Position numbers and translations under genes: made by a program. From assembly GCF_009914755.1 (NCBI RefSeq), contig NC_060927.1: a stretch of 64,000 nucleotides of DNA. The stretch is one strand, 5' to 3'. This stretch comes from the human T2T-CHM13v2.0 reference genome, Homo sapiens. Under the pieces are notes generated by a model. It was not told the DNA's origin. It did not search any database and saw only the letters and a list, made by a program, of their open reading frames with translations. How positions within the stretch are numbered: position 1 is the first letter of the stretch; every line of letters starts with the position of its first letter. Shown one piece after another: positions 44,945 through 59,355 of this stretch.

Positions 44945-45597
44945 CCAGCACCAACATATTTCTAGAATCCACTTGCTTCTCTCCTTCCATGAAGCCTAAG
45001 CCACCATCATCAACATCTCTAATGAGTCACTTTGCTTTTGCTCTTGACCTCTAACTTCCATTCTCCACAGAGCAATAACCATATGTCCTGTTAAAGGCGT
45101 TAATCAGATTACATCCCTCTTGTGTTTAAAACTTGCTAACATCCTCACGGGGGCTTAAAACATCTTACAAAGTCTGGCACCTGCTCAACTCTGCACTACA
45201 ATCATAGCGGTCATCTTCCTATTTAACCAAATTGTCCAATTCCTTTGCTTCTCAGAGCCTCTGCACTGGCCTGGGAATGCTCTTCATCTAGATCCTTACA
45301 TGGCTGGCACTTTCACATAATTCAGGAAGTGGTTTAAAGTCAACTCGTCAGAGAAATTTTTTGACTGCACAGAATCTTCACCTGTGTAGTCAGACAAGTT
45401 TTCTTGTCTTTAGATTATGAGGCACAATCTGAGAGCTTTATTTGCTCATTTACGCTTGTACACTGGCATCCCTCCCAGACTGGAGTGTCAGCTTCATGAA
45501 AACAGAGAACCTGACTGTTTTGTTCTCTGCTGTGTCCCAAGCAAGCACAGTGCCTGGCACAATGTAAGAAGTCAATACACATCTGTTGAATGAATAG
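44945..45597 (+). mobile_element. L2a 3' fragment
   Basis: cagtgcctggcacaatgtaagaagtcaatacacatctgttgaatgaat terminus and upstream L2 text. Confidence 0.85.
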
Positions 45598-46473
45598 ATA
45601 ACTGAGGAATAAATCGATGAAATAAACAGTTCATATACATGAACTAGTCAGAGAAAAAAGAACTCATCTAAAAGAAAATATGTGTTAACTGTCACTTACA
45701 AAAGAGTTGCCTAGAATTTTCAAATTAAACTCCAAATAGCATCCTTTATTTAACTGCGATCAATTCAACATAAGACTGAAAATCAGAATAATAGAGGGTA
45801 GTTAGTGTTCATCTAGCACCAAGAGTAACTCAGAAATTAAATTAACAGTTTGTTAGTATAAATCTCCCTCGTTCTCTTTATGAGTACTAAATTAAAGTTC
45901 ATCCTATATTTTTAAATCTGTTACAAGCAAAGAGACAATGAAATAATGAAAGTATAATGAAATAATTTTACTAATTCTTAATACATAACCATAGCAATGA
46001 TTTTGTAAGTTTCCAAATATGGTTCAGCAGTGTGGACCAGCATGGCATGAAAATAAATTTAAGTGTGTTTTCCTTTTATAATTTTTATTACTGTGAAAGA
46101 AAATAATTAAGGTATTTAATATTCACAAGCAGTATCAGAGGCAAGAATACGAGTATGACATTACTGACGAAATCTGGAACATAACGCAAGTGTAATGTTG
46201 CTTTTTTTGGACCACGTGATATATCTGAATGCAACAAGGAAAGAAGCCAGAAACATGTTAGCAACGATTGGGAGGGTGAGTTGATGGTAGCATGTAGAGT
46301 CAAGCAAAGTCAGAGGCTGTGACAAACCATGCTGAATTAGCACATGCAGTTCCTCTTGGTCTGCCTCCCACCCACCTTTCCAACTGCAGTTCTTATCACT
46401 CCAGCAACATCCCCAAAACTTGCAGGGTTCTAAAGTTTATATAGTCTTGGGGTATCTGTGTCCTTATTTACAC

Positions 46474-46624
46474 CACAGCTGAGTCTAAAAGAACTTTCTG
46501 CAATGATGGAAATGATCTAATTCTGCACTGTCTATTGCTTCTGTATCGAGAAACTGAATTTTGCAAAGCATTTAATGTTAATTAACTTAAATTTAGCCAC
46601 AGGCTGCCAAATTGCACAGCACAG
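46474..46624 (+). mobile_element. MER3, internally deleted
   Basis: agaactttctgcaatgatggaaatg...aactgaatttt...acagcacag. Confidence 0.8.
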
Positions 46625-46649
46625 CTCTAGACACCCTCCCTATAGTCTG

Positions 46650-46925
46650 CAAACTCCTGCTCGTCCTTCAAGACCCAATTCAAATGTCTCTTCCTCCAGA
46701 ATCCCCTTCCTCTTCCTGTTCCCTAAATAGCAGGTTTCATGGCTTTAATGATAACCATTTATCACATTCTATTACAATCATTTTATGGTATGTTGGTCCT
46801 TCCAACTACATCAAGAATCTCTCAAGGGGACAGACTCTGCCTGACTCATCTCTAAATACTCAGTTCCGTGCTTGGCACATGAGAATTATTTGATAAATAC
46901 TTGTTGGATGCTCAAGTGAAATAAT
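46650..46925 (+). mobile_element. L2 3' end
   Basis: tccttcaagacccaattcaaatgtc...gtgcttggcacat...taaatacttgttgga. Confidence 0.7.
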
Positions 46926-47027
46926 GAAGCCATCTTTAGACATGAACAAATATAAGCACAGCTTACCAGAAAAGTTCTTCCCAGGGGAAGGTTTACTCCA
47001 TTTATATAAGAAGCTGCAAACCAGATA

Positions 47028-47706
<679 letters not shown>

Positions 47707-47750
47707 TATGACCTTCAGATTTGATAGTATTTCACCATATTTGTATATAT

Positions 47751-47763
47751 GTGTGCGTGTGTA

Positions 47764-47800
<37 letters not shown>
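47751..47800. repeat. (TG)n microsatellite
   Basis: Directly visible; the pure run is at about 47768-47800. Confidence 0.95.
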
Positions 47801-47802
<2 letters not shown>

Positions 47803-48159
47803 TTGGTAGACACTGCTTACCAATGTTAAAAACAGATTTCCAACATTTCTTGAAACAAATATTAGATCTGGCAATTTTAGTCCCATATTTGGGCTTGGCA
47901 ACAATGAACTAGAATGTAACAAGCAGCTGCATCATTTAGATAATAAATATCCTCTACAGAATCTTTTTTTTTCTTCTTTTTTTGGTACTTTTAGTCCACT
48001 GTTGTCATTTATGGTCTCTGTCTTTCTCCTGCAGCCATGTGACCTTACAACACCAGACAATGAATGAAGAGACAGAAATTTCAAGTTCAGACATTGATTT
48101 CTCACCGACATTAGTAAAATAACAACAGTGACAATAATAGCTGCAAAAACAACAATAAT

Positions 48160-48310
48160 AATGGCTGGTAGTATTTATTGAACATGACATGCCAGGTATT
48201 ATACTAGGCAATTAATAGACATTGTCAGATAGAATCCTCCTCCATGACCTAGAAAACAGCCTTAGCTTCATTTTATCAATGAGGATAGTGAGATGCTAAG
48301 GGGCAAGCTG
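48160..48310 (-). mobile_element. MIR
   Basis: tatttattgaacat...tgccagg...cattttatcaatgagga. Confidence 0.7.
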
Positions 48311-48876
48311 AAAACAAACAGAAAGGTCTTCCCCTAGTCTGCCCACCATCAGAGTCCTCACTGCCATCTCTTCATTACAAGGTGACATCCCTCTTCACTC
48401 CTCCATGTTCCTCCCAGCCTGGATTTAGACCCAGAGCACAAGACAAAGTGGGACCTTGGGCAACTGACATAACCTTTCTGCATTTTGCTCCTCCACTCAC
48501 AATGGACTTCAGAAATAAGAGCTGACATTACCTCCAGGGTCACATGCGGGCACATGAGATGATGTAGGTCAAACACTGAACTTCTCAGACACTTTTCACA
48601 AATGGAAAATGATCTCATCTGAGCAGGCAGAGAATGGCTGGACAAAGGCTGACACATCTGGAGTAGGGAGGCATGGAAAGGACTGAACTCTCTTAAGGTA
48701 AATAATGGCCTTGTGGCTTTTGCTAGCACCCACCCTCAAGGAGCCCTCATCTAGGGAGAGCATGTCTTTGTGGAACTAATACAAATTTGGCTCCATGAGG
48801 CTTGCCTAGCTTCGTGCCAGTTAGGTGATATTGAAAGGATGCAAGTCAATGGAAGGTTTAAGAATCAGCTATTGTA

Positions 48877-49194
<318 letters not shown>

Positions 49195-49226
49195 TCAGCT
49201 ATTGCAGGCCTAGCACTCTGCCAGGC

Positions 49227-49381
49227 CAGGAGTTGGCAAACGTTTTCTATAAAGGTCCAGATACTAAATATTTTAGGCTTTGCCGGCCATAGGTAAACAA
49301 ATGAGTATGGCCATGTTCCAGTAAAACTTTACTTACAAAACTAGGCCAGGGCCCACAGGTATCGTTTGCCCACAACCCCTG
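49227..49381 (+). mobile_element. MER58A, internally deleted
   Basis: caggagttggcaaac...aaatattttaggctttgc...acccctg. TSD tgccaggc/tgctaggc. Confidence 0.9.
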
Positions 49382-49923
49382 TGCTAGGCACCATGGAGGC
49401 AGAGCAGAGGCTCTTCACAGTCATCCGGCACAATCACCAGGGGCAAAGCATGAAGCAGCCTGTTGGATTCCCCACTCTGGTAGCCACAGTCCTCTGAGGT
49501 AAAGGCCTGGACAGCAAGAATGACTTAAGCAACAGACTTTCTTGGTGGCTCCAGCCCCAGACTCACCCCACAGGGCATGAGGAGAGTGAGCCTCTCTTTC
49601 CCATGAATGGTTCCTCCCAGCAGTTGTGCAGGCCTGTCCGCAGAACAGGTGAGGCTACATGGCCTTCAACCACGTGATGTATTGGCTCCTCTGACTAAAT
49701 CAAAGTCCACAGATGATAGGCCTACAATATCCAAGAAGTTGCCAAACAAAGATGCTTAAATTGATACAGACAAAACTAAATACCTCTCCTTCCCTTGTGC
49801 CTGCTTTGACTCCCCTAGATGCCATCCCTGGTGCCACTTCACACTGAGCTATCTCCTTGCACTTGAATCCCCCATGTCTCATTACCATGTGTATATCCCA
49901 AGACGGGGTGGCTCCTGTTGTAG

Positions 49924-50316
<393 letters not shown>

Positions 50317-50524
50317 TGACCAACAGGATGCAGAGAAGCAAAAGTTTTCTTACTGTTTTGTCTGTTAACGTAACCTCCCATTGTCTTTATGCTTTTGTTT
50401 CTGTTCTCATTTAATCCTGTTTTCCTTCACAGGATTAAGTCTGCTCATTTCTAAACTATTGTCTGAACTTTAATATTCTAACATGTCTTAGTGTCATGTT
50501 TACTCTTCACTGTTTGACTTTCTG

Positions 50525-50735
50525 AGTGAAATAGTGAAGAATATGAGAGTGGAAAAGGTATTTGGAAAGATTCTAGGTTTTAAAATTTCAGCTTTAGTTG
50601 ATCCTTCCTACCTGTGGGACCTTGGGTAAATGAGTGAATAATCTGAACTTGAATTGCTTCACCTGCAAGACAAAGGTAAGTATGCCAATCTCGGGAGAGG
50701 TATCGTGAGGATTACGAGTTAAACATGGAAAATTC
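50525..50735 (+). mobile_element. MIR 5' part (3' part resumes at about 52787-52850)
   Basis: ctgtgggaccttgggtaaat...gtgaggatta. Confidence 0.7.
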
Positions 50736-52786
50736 CTCTTCCAACTCAATAATAAAAACACAAAAAATCCAACTTATATGGGCACAGAATCTGAATAGAC
50801 ATTCCTCCAAAGAAGCTATACAAATGACCAAGGGGCATGTGGGAAGATGCTCAATATTAGCTATCAGGGATGCCTCACCCAAACAAAAGGACAATGAGAT
50901 ACCACTTCATGCTTATTGCTTATTCGGATGACTATAATAAAAAGTTACAAAATAACAAGTACTAGTGAAGGTATGAAGAAACTAGAATCTTCTTACACTA
51001 TTGGTAAGAATGTAAAATGGCAACGCTGCTTTGAAAATGGTCTGGAAGTACCTTCAAAAATTAAACATAGGGTTACCTTATGACCCAGAAATTCTATTCC
51101 TAGTTATATACCCTAGAGAAATGAAAACATATATCCACACAAACACTTGTAATATTAACAGCAGCATTCACAGAACGATTATTCATAAGAAGCAAAAAGT
51201 AGAAACAACTCAACTGTCTATCAAATGATGAACAGATAAGTAAAATATGGCCTAGCCATACAATGGAATATTATTTAGCAATAAAAAGAAGTTTGTGAAG
51301 AGCAAAGAAAACAAGCAACATAGTGAAGAGACAATTTACAAAATGGGAGAGCATATTTGGAAACCATATATCAGACAGGGGATTAAGTTCCAAAATACAT
51401 AAGAAACCCATTCAACTCAATAGTACCCTCCCCTGTAAAATAACCCAATTAAAAAATGAGCAACGGACCCGCATGGATATTTTTCCGAAGGGGACATACA
51501 AATAGCCAACAGGTTTATAAAAAATGTGAAATATCACTAATCTTCAGGGAAATGGAAATAAAAACCACAGTGAGGTATCATCTCACACGTGTTAGGATGG
51601 CCATTATCAAAAAGTCAAAAGATAACAAGTATTGCTGAGGGTGTGTAGAAAAGGGAACCCTTCTTGGTAGAAATGTAAACTTGTACAGCCATTATGGAAA
51701 AGAGTACAGAGTTTCCTCAAAAATTAAAAATAGAATACCATATGATCTAGTAATCCCACTCCTGGATATAGAACCAAAGGAACTGAAATCCCCCATCCAA
51801 AAGAGATATCTCCACTCACATGTTCATCGTAGCATTATTCAAAACCACCAAGACATGGCATCAACCTAAGTATCCACTGACAGATAAATACAGACATGCG
51901 ATGTATATATCAATAATGGAATACGATTTACTCTTTAAAAAGAAGGAAAGAAAATCCTGCCATTCGCAAAAACATGATAAAACTAGAAGACATTATGCCA
52001 AGTGGAATAAGCCAGACACAGAAAGAAAACTACTGCATGATCTTACTTAGATGTGTAACCTAAAATATTCAAACTGTTAGAAACAGAGCATGGAATAGTA
52101 GTTACCAAGGGCCAGGCATGGGGGAAATGGGAATAATCTGGTCAAGGGTACAAACTTTCAGTTATAAGATAAGTAAGTGCTGGCACTCTAATGTCTGGCA
52201 TGGTGACTAAGGCTAATGATAATATATTGTATACTTGAAATTTGCTGAGAGAGTAGATCTTTACTGCTCTCACCATGCACACACACAAAAGGTAACTACG
52301 TGAGGTAAAGGATATGTTAATTAGCTTGGTTGTGGTAACCATATCACAATGTATACGTATGTTAAATCATCACACAGTATATCTTAAATATATATAATTT
52401 TTGTGAATCATACCTTAATCAAGCTGTAAAAAAAGAAATGAAGTGCGGATACATGCCAAAAGATGGGTGACCCTTGAAAACTTTATGGTAAATGGAAAAG
52501 ACAGTGGCACACACCACCACATAATGTATGATGCCATTTATATGAAATGTCCATAACAGGCAAATAGAGACAGAAAGTAGATTAGTAGTTTCCAGGGTTA
52601 TGGAAGGGGAGGAATGGGGAGTGACAGCTAATAGGCACAGGGTTTCTTTTGGGGGTGATGAAATTATTCTGGAATTAGATTGTAGTGACAGTTACACAAC
52701 TCTGAATATACCTGAAATCACTGAATTGTACATTTTAAATGGGTGAACTGTATGGTATTTTAATTGTATCTAAATAAAGCTGTTAC
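50736..52786 (+). mobile_element. L1MB (L1MB7-like) 3' fragment, split by L1MA
   Basis: Decayed ORF2p C-terminus (QKLNIGLPYDPEI...IYPREMKTY); 3'UTR agagacagaaagtagattagt...aataaagctgtt. Confidence 0.88.
51292..52430 (+). mobile_element. L1MA9-like 3' fragment nested in L1MB
   Basis: Second ORF2 end ([25 protein letters not shown]); 3'UTR gtatacttgaaatttgctgagagagtagatct... Confidence 0.88.
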
Positions 52787-52944
52787 TATATGGAAAGTTC
52801 TTAGCTTCATGTCTGAGACAAAGGAAGAAATAAAAATGGTCACTACGGTTATCATTCATTCACCTGCATTTTAAAAATGCAGTCGGTTTTTCTAGAGACT
52901 TTTCACCCCTGTTATTCTGAGAATTAAAATACTCAAACATATGT

Positions 52945-53360
52945 GTGGTGAGGTCTAGAAGAGGAGGATTATTGTAGCCTGGAGTAGTTAGAAAAGCCCT
53001 CGAGAAGTTTAAACAGAATAAAGGAGGAGGCAAAGGAGAAATCACCAAAGGCAGCAATCTGAAAGTGAAAAGGTGGGAATAATTTGGTTCCCTGTGAGAG
53101 CCATAAGGAGGCAATTCGATTAAGCAAATGGCTCATGAATGCAAGGGATAAGTTGAAGAGAAGGCAAAGTTAGATTTCCAAGGGTCTTGGAAGCATAGGC
53201 CAAGATGTTTGGGCTTCCTCCAGCTTTGGAATGTCAGGAACTGAATTTAAGGAAAGCCATCCTGCCAGTTTATGTGGTACAAAAGGGACTGGCTGAAATC
53301 AGAACCCAGGAAGTATGAGTTAGTTAGGGCCTGAAGAAAGATAATAAGAATGGAAATAGG
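52945..53360 (-). mobile_element. L2 fragment
   Basis: Purine-rich antisense L2-like text. Confidence 0.45.
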
Positions 53361-53849
53361 AAAGAAATAGCACAAAATAGTGGCTACTTCTTTTTTTTTC
53401 TCCCCCACACCCCACCGCCCCCGGACAGCCAGTTGTTCTAAAGTAGCTATTTCTTTATGATAAAGGTGACAGAATACAGAAGAAAAAAAATCTCCCTTCC
53501 TCCTTCATCAACACCTAACAAAAGGAACAATAATAACCATAAAATCATGGTTAAAAAAAAAAAAAGGGAAATTTACCAGTAAGCTCTAAATAAGGAATTA
53601 AGCACAAACTTGTGCCATAAAATTCAAAAGAGGAAACTAATTAAAAAAAAAAAAAAGGAAGGCAGGAAGGAGCGAGGGAAGGTGAAAAAGCAAATAGGAG
53701 ATGATTTTCATGCAATTTGAAGTTGCATCAAAATCTTCCACCTCAACTGTCAGAAACAGATTGGAGAAAGTATTTGAGTTGACAAAATTATGGGATTTCC
53801 CTTCAATATTCCCCACAATCAGGAGACAAGTAGACTGAAGTCATGATTT

Positions 53850-54480
53850 TGATGTAGGATTTTTCTTCTCAGTCACTTTGCAAGCTGGGAACCCCTGGCC
53901 AGTGATGCCCGTACCAGGCCTTGCTTGGCCATGCTGGTGTGCTCCAGCTTCTTGTGTTATAGCTTGTACCCGTGTTTGGTGGTTCCCTGAGCTCTTGTAC
54001 CATGCCCAAGAAGAATGAGGATACACTGGACATTGAAGGGTGAGGAGGGCAGGGAAGAATTTTACTGAGTGACGAAAACAGTTTTTAGCGAAGAGGGGAT
54101 ATGGATTTGGTCTCCCTACCTGAAGGTGAGAAAGTTCCCCTGTGTGGCTGGGCCTGGGGCCTTTTCCAGACTTAGAATGGGAAGTGCCTGCTGATTTGTT
54201 TGTGAGTCTGCAAATAAGTCTAAAGCAAAGACACCACTCAAAGGTGGGCACAACAGTGTAGAAAACCAATTAGGAAAGCGCAGGTATATGTAAAACAGGT
54301 GAAGGGTGGGGACCAATCAGAGGAGAGCTTACCAAACAGAAAGGGAAATTCTCAATCCAGTCTGAGGATTTAACTTGTAGCTTGGCTTTCAGGCTTTAAA
54401 CTCTCTTCCACTTGAGGTGGGGTTTCACTGGGGACCCACCCCTATCTGCCTAGGCATTTGCCTGCCTCCTGTTGCTATCA
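53850..54480 (-). mobile_element. ERV1 solo LTR (LTR27/MER52 group)
   Basis: TG...CA termini; cccctatctgcctaggcatttgcctgcctcctg. Perfect 4-bp TSD attt (53846-49 / 54481-84). Confidence 0.9.
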
Positions 54481-54629
54481 ATTTGGAAACCTTGGTGAAG
54501 CCCCAGAAAACCCTGGGGAGTACAATCCCAGAACTTCAGCCCAGCCAAGAATAGCAATAATTATGACAGGGGCTTGGCAGGAAAAAAGAATTGATAGAAC
54601 TAGAGAATGACAGCATACAGAGGACGAAC

Positions 54630-54782
54630 TTCAAGAATAAACTGGAGATGACCCAAAGTTTCTAGCCTGGATTTTTCAGAATGGGGGTGATACCAGTAAG
54701 ACCAGGGGTCAGAATAGGGGAACATTTTATGGTAGAAGGGCATGCACTCTGTTATCAGATAAATTAAGTTTGAGCAACTCAT
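54630..54782 (-). mobile_element. L2 fragment
   Basis: gatgacccaaagtttctagcctgg...ttaagtttgag. Confidence 0.5.
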
Positions 54783-56340
54783 CCCTTGAATTCGTATGTC
54801 TGTATAAACCTAACCTAGTGCCTCTCACGTAGTAAGCCTTTTATAGGTGTGTGCAGGAGGGATGAGGCATATAAAATTTAATTAAATATGAACAAATGAT
54901 GGTAACAATAAACTCAGATTTTAAAAAATGGTTTTGTTTCAACCACTGTGGAGTCAATAGACTCTATGAGACTTAAAAATTTTTTAATTTTAAGCTGTCT
55001 CTTAGATATTATAAAGCCACAGTGAGTCATCTTGCACTTAAAATCCAGAAAAGCCTATAAAAGAATAGAAAACCCGAATACGTAACTTCCTCCTGTGACA
55101 GAAGAACAAAAACGTCAACGTTCACAGCTTAAAGACATTTAGCACCTCAAAAAGATGTATCATAGGTAAGTTTCTATACTTGAATGATATTATATAATCA
55201 TAATGCATTGGAAATTAAGTCAATTTACAAAAAAAACCTCTCAGAAATGCAAATAACAGTGCTTTGTAAAACTGTATGGCCTGTTTTCTGGAAGGTACTG
55301 TGTGATTCTGGGACTGGACTTTTCATTAAAAAGATAAGAGATTCAGGCATCAGACATGTTCAATTATTGGCTCCCTAATGAAGTTCACTATCCTGTCTAA
55401 TGGATCTTTCCTTTTCAAAAGACCCCTTCCTCCTTGTGTATTCTGGCATTGCGTGTCTCTGGCATTTGCTCTATGAGAATAACTGGACAGTACAATGCTC
55501 TTGAATACAGAGAGCTGGAGCTTGAATGGACACCATAGCCCCAAGGACATGAAAACTATTTTTTGATTGTGTGTGTGTTTATAAAACTTCTTGCATAAAA
55601 TCAGTCTTTGTAATTTCCTAGACTTCAAGGGCATTCTTTTCAAGTTGGGGCTTCTTAATGTGGCCCTTAAAAATCCTAAAATTAAATGCATTTTTAAGCT
55701 ATCTGTGTAAATATATTAAAAATTTCCCTCATTAGGAAGTTGCCAGTTTATGGCAAAGCTTTCAGAGGAGTCTGTAACACAAAGTGGATCCAGAACCACA
55801 GCATGTAGACCCCTAAAAATTAAAAACATTGAAACCTATTTAGCAAATCTGCATGAAATGAGCCAAATTCATACTGCTTCTGTGGAGTTGGTTCCTGGAA
55901 ATCTAGGCATTTAGTGGTGGAGTTACAGATGGATCTCAATGGCCTGCGTGATTTTCCCAGCCTATTGTTTTCGTATCTGATTAATTATTCTCTTAAAATT
56001 TCCATCCATAAAAAATTTCCAAAGATATTAGGATCTCTCTTCACATAGTCTTTCCTTCTTTTGAATGATGCTATTGTTGTCACTTTGAAAACTGTAAATA
56101 GCATTCAAGATGATATTTAAGTTTGTGCCAACATTTAGTGGAAATGTCTAAGTTTTGAAATAGTAGGGAGCTCACATTCCATCTGGTGTGTTTTCATTTT
56201 ATCTCCTATTCTCAGTGAATTTTAAAAGTCAGCTGCAGTGTCAATACCCTTTCTGCTATGCTAATGTGACCTCCACGTGGAAATCAAAGGAAAGGAGTTC
56301 TCAGGGCAAGTGATTCTTTCTCAATTGAACTATTTAGTGT

Positions 56341-56500
56341 CATAGAATCACAAAGTATCAGAGCTGAAAGCAGGCTTACAGGTGACCATGATGAATACCT
56401 CTCAGTTTGAAGGGAAACTGAGCCTCAGGCAGAGGGAACTGCCCATAGTCTCATTAGCCACAGGGACAGGAGTTGAACCTCGATAGGAAGCCTTTCTGAT
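56341..56500 (-). mobile_element. MIR3-like
   Basis: catagaatcac...agagctgaaag...gggaaactgagcctca. Confidence 0.6.
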
Positions 56501-57015
56501 GGCCCCATATCAGGTGGTCACTTCCTTCCCCACACTTCCATGGCCCTTTATCAGAGACCACCATCCCATGTTACTTAGCGGTTTCAACTTTGTAGCACAG
56601 TTACTGTCACTAATTTCTTACCCATGTGTAGCAGGCTAATATTTCAAAGTAATCACTGGTGTGCCATTTCCTTCCTGACCATCTCTTGGCTAAAGGGAAG
56701 TGCATCTATTGCTTAGCAGTAGTCTCCTTCACTCACCAGCTTAGCCTTTAATTCAAAAGGCGCTGCCCCAGTGTGAGAGAGAAATGATTCATGCAGGGAT
56801 AAGGACACAGAAGAGTTCTAACTGCCCACCCCCAGAGTTTAAAATAGAGTTTCAAGCTGGATAATGGACAGAGTCAAGAGAGATAAAGCAAGAAAGAGTG
56901 CATGTGTACATGAGTGGGCACGTGCATGCATGTGTGTGCATGTGTGCACTGGGGCAGGGTGTGCTCTACCCTTGCCTTTTCCCCAACCCCCAGGCTGAAT
57001 CCTGAGGTTGGGTAA

Positions 57016-57496
57016 TATATGAGTTTTCTATTTGCTACTATAACAAATTTCCACAAACTCAGTGGCTTAAAACAACACAAATGTATTATCTTACAGCACT
57101 GGAGGTCAGATGTCCAAAATGGGTGTAATGGGTTAAAATTCAGGTGTTGGCCAGTCTGCATTCCTTTTTGGAGGCTCTTTGCCTTTTCCAGCTTCTAGAG
57201 GCTGCCTGAATTCCCTGGCTTATGGCTCAATTCCATCTTTAAGGCCATTGATGGCCAGTTGAATCTTTCTCATATTGCATCACTCTGACACTACTTATTT
57301 TGCCTCTCTCTTCCACCTCTGTGATTATATTGAGTCCACTTGGATAATCCAAGGTCATCTCCTTATCTTAAAGTTGGCTGACTAGCCTCTAATTGAATCT
57401 TCTACTTTAATTCTCTTTTACCATCTAACATATTTGCAGGTTCTGAAAGATTGGTACATAGGCACCATTTGGGAGGCTATTATTTGGTCTTCCACA
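57016..57496 (-). mobile_element. MLT1D-like LTR
   Basis: ccacaaactcagtggcttaaaacaacacaaat...gccttttccagcttctagaggctgcc...ggataatcca. Confidence 0.9.
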
Positions 57497-58341
57497 GCTG
57501 ACTCACTGCAAGCCATCCCTTTGAATTTGAGACTCTAAGAGTAGATTGAATGTGCATTCAGCTTTTTCCATCCAGAATTCTGGTAGTACACAGCTTTGCA
57601 AAGAGAATAATGAAGGACTATAGCAGCAACATGAATGTCTGCTGGAGGCACCTAATTTCCTGCAGGTCTTAGCAAAGTATGTAAGAACAGACAAGTTTTT
57701 TTTGAGCCCATGAGAAGAACTCTGACAAGCTGGCAAAGGCCAAAGAGTAAGTGTCCTTCATGTGCTTGTGACAAGAGACTATGTCAGGACCATGGACACC
57801 TCTAGGAATGTAGGAGGCCAAAGGTCACCATCCTGCAAAGAATGATGGCATTCCTTACGGGTATCAGAATGGACCAAAGATGCACACAAGGACCAGGCAA
57901 AGTGGATTACTTGGACACCAGAGGCCAAGGAAACAACAGCCAAGGACAACAGAATCCCTGCCTACCCCACACGACATGTTGCTCATTAAGGCCCCAGAAT
58001 ACAGAATCTGAATTGAGAGATTATAAGCCAGAATATGACTGAATGAATTACAGGCCTGAACTGACAGAAACGGCACTGAACTTGCTGAGCAAAACCTGGC
58101 CCAGGGCTGATGAGATGGTTTGCTTTCACAGCCAGAAATTCAACTGAACTTTGGGAGTCAAGAACATTTCATTTTTTAATAGTCCAACTGGTGACTGTGA
58201 AAGTAATCATTGTTATACTTGGCACTCAAATGAACCTCAGACACAGCAAGAGTTGACTTGGTGATTGAGAAGAAACTGGAGACAAGACAAAACAAATGGG
58301 AATATAAAACTGTAGACTATCACATCAGCACAACTGGCTAG

Positions 58342-58658
58342 TTTATTTTTATTTATTTATATTCCTTTTTATTTTTTTGAGACAGAGTCTCGCTCTGTCA
58401 CCCAGGATGGAATGCAGTGGCACAGTCTCGGCTCAGTGCAAACTCCACCTGCCGTGTTCAAACAATTCTCCTGCCTCAGCCTCCTGAGTAGCTGGCACTA
58501 TAGGCACGCACCATCGACCCAGCTAATTTTTTGTATTTTTAGTAGAGATGAGGCTTCACCATGCTGGCCAGGCTGATCTGGAACTCCTGATCTCATGATC
58601 CGCCTGCCTTGGCCTCCCAAAGGGCTGGGATTACTCGCATGAGCCACTGCGCCCGGCC
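58342..58658 (-). mobile_element. AluS inserted in the tail of the neighbouring Alu
   Basis: Full dimer; flanks ctagtttattttt / ctactttttattttt. Confidence 0.95.
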
Positions 58659-58662
58659 CTAC

Positions 58663-58908
58663 TTTTTATTTTTTTAGGTGGAGTCTGGCTCTGTCACCCA
58701 GGCTAGAATGCAGTGGCATGATCTCAGCTCACTGCAACCTCCTCCTCTGGGGTTCAAGTGATTCTCCTGCCTCAGCCTCCTGTGTACATGCGATTATGGG
58801 CACGCACCACCACACCTGGCTAATTTTTGTATTTTTAGTAGAGACGGGGTTTCACCACGTTGGCCAGGCTGGTCTCAAACTCCTGACCTCAAGTGATCCG
58901 TCCGCCTC
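58663..58908 (-). mobile_element. AluSx, 5'-truncated (lacks the A-box region)
   Basis: Ends at gatccgtccgcctc; cctgacctcaagtgatcc. Confidence 0.93.
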
Positions 58909-59355
58909 TATCCCAGGGAGTATCTTTATTTTTTTTTCTAACAAGTCAAAGAGTAGAAATACCAAAAAAGTCACCTCTTTGGGTGTTTCAGCTACTTAGC
59001 TAGCTCACACACACATGTATTTCCCATGAGGTTTTGATCAAAACTAAAGTCAATTTTTTTCACTAGGTTCACCAAACAACTGCCAGTAAATATTGGCTTC
59101 TGCCAATGAATGAAAAAGAACACAGGATGTCTGCTCTTAAAAAGTGACCCCTGATGTTTCCTTCACATTATCAAATTATTGCATACTCATTATATTATGT
59201 TTGGGAAATGCAAGAGAATATGAAGAAAGGAACAGGAGTGTAACATTCTATTTGAAGCTACAATCTCTCTTAATTTCAAGGTACATGTGCTTCCATTCCA
59301 TTCTCCATTTATATGCCACTCTTTCCATTCAATATTATATCCCAATGTATTTTTT

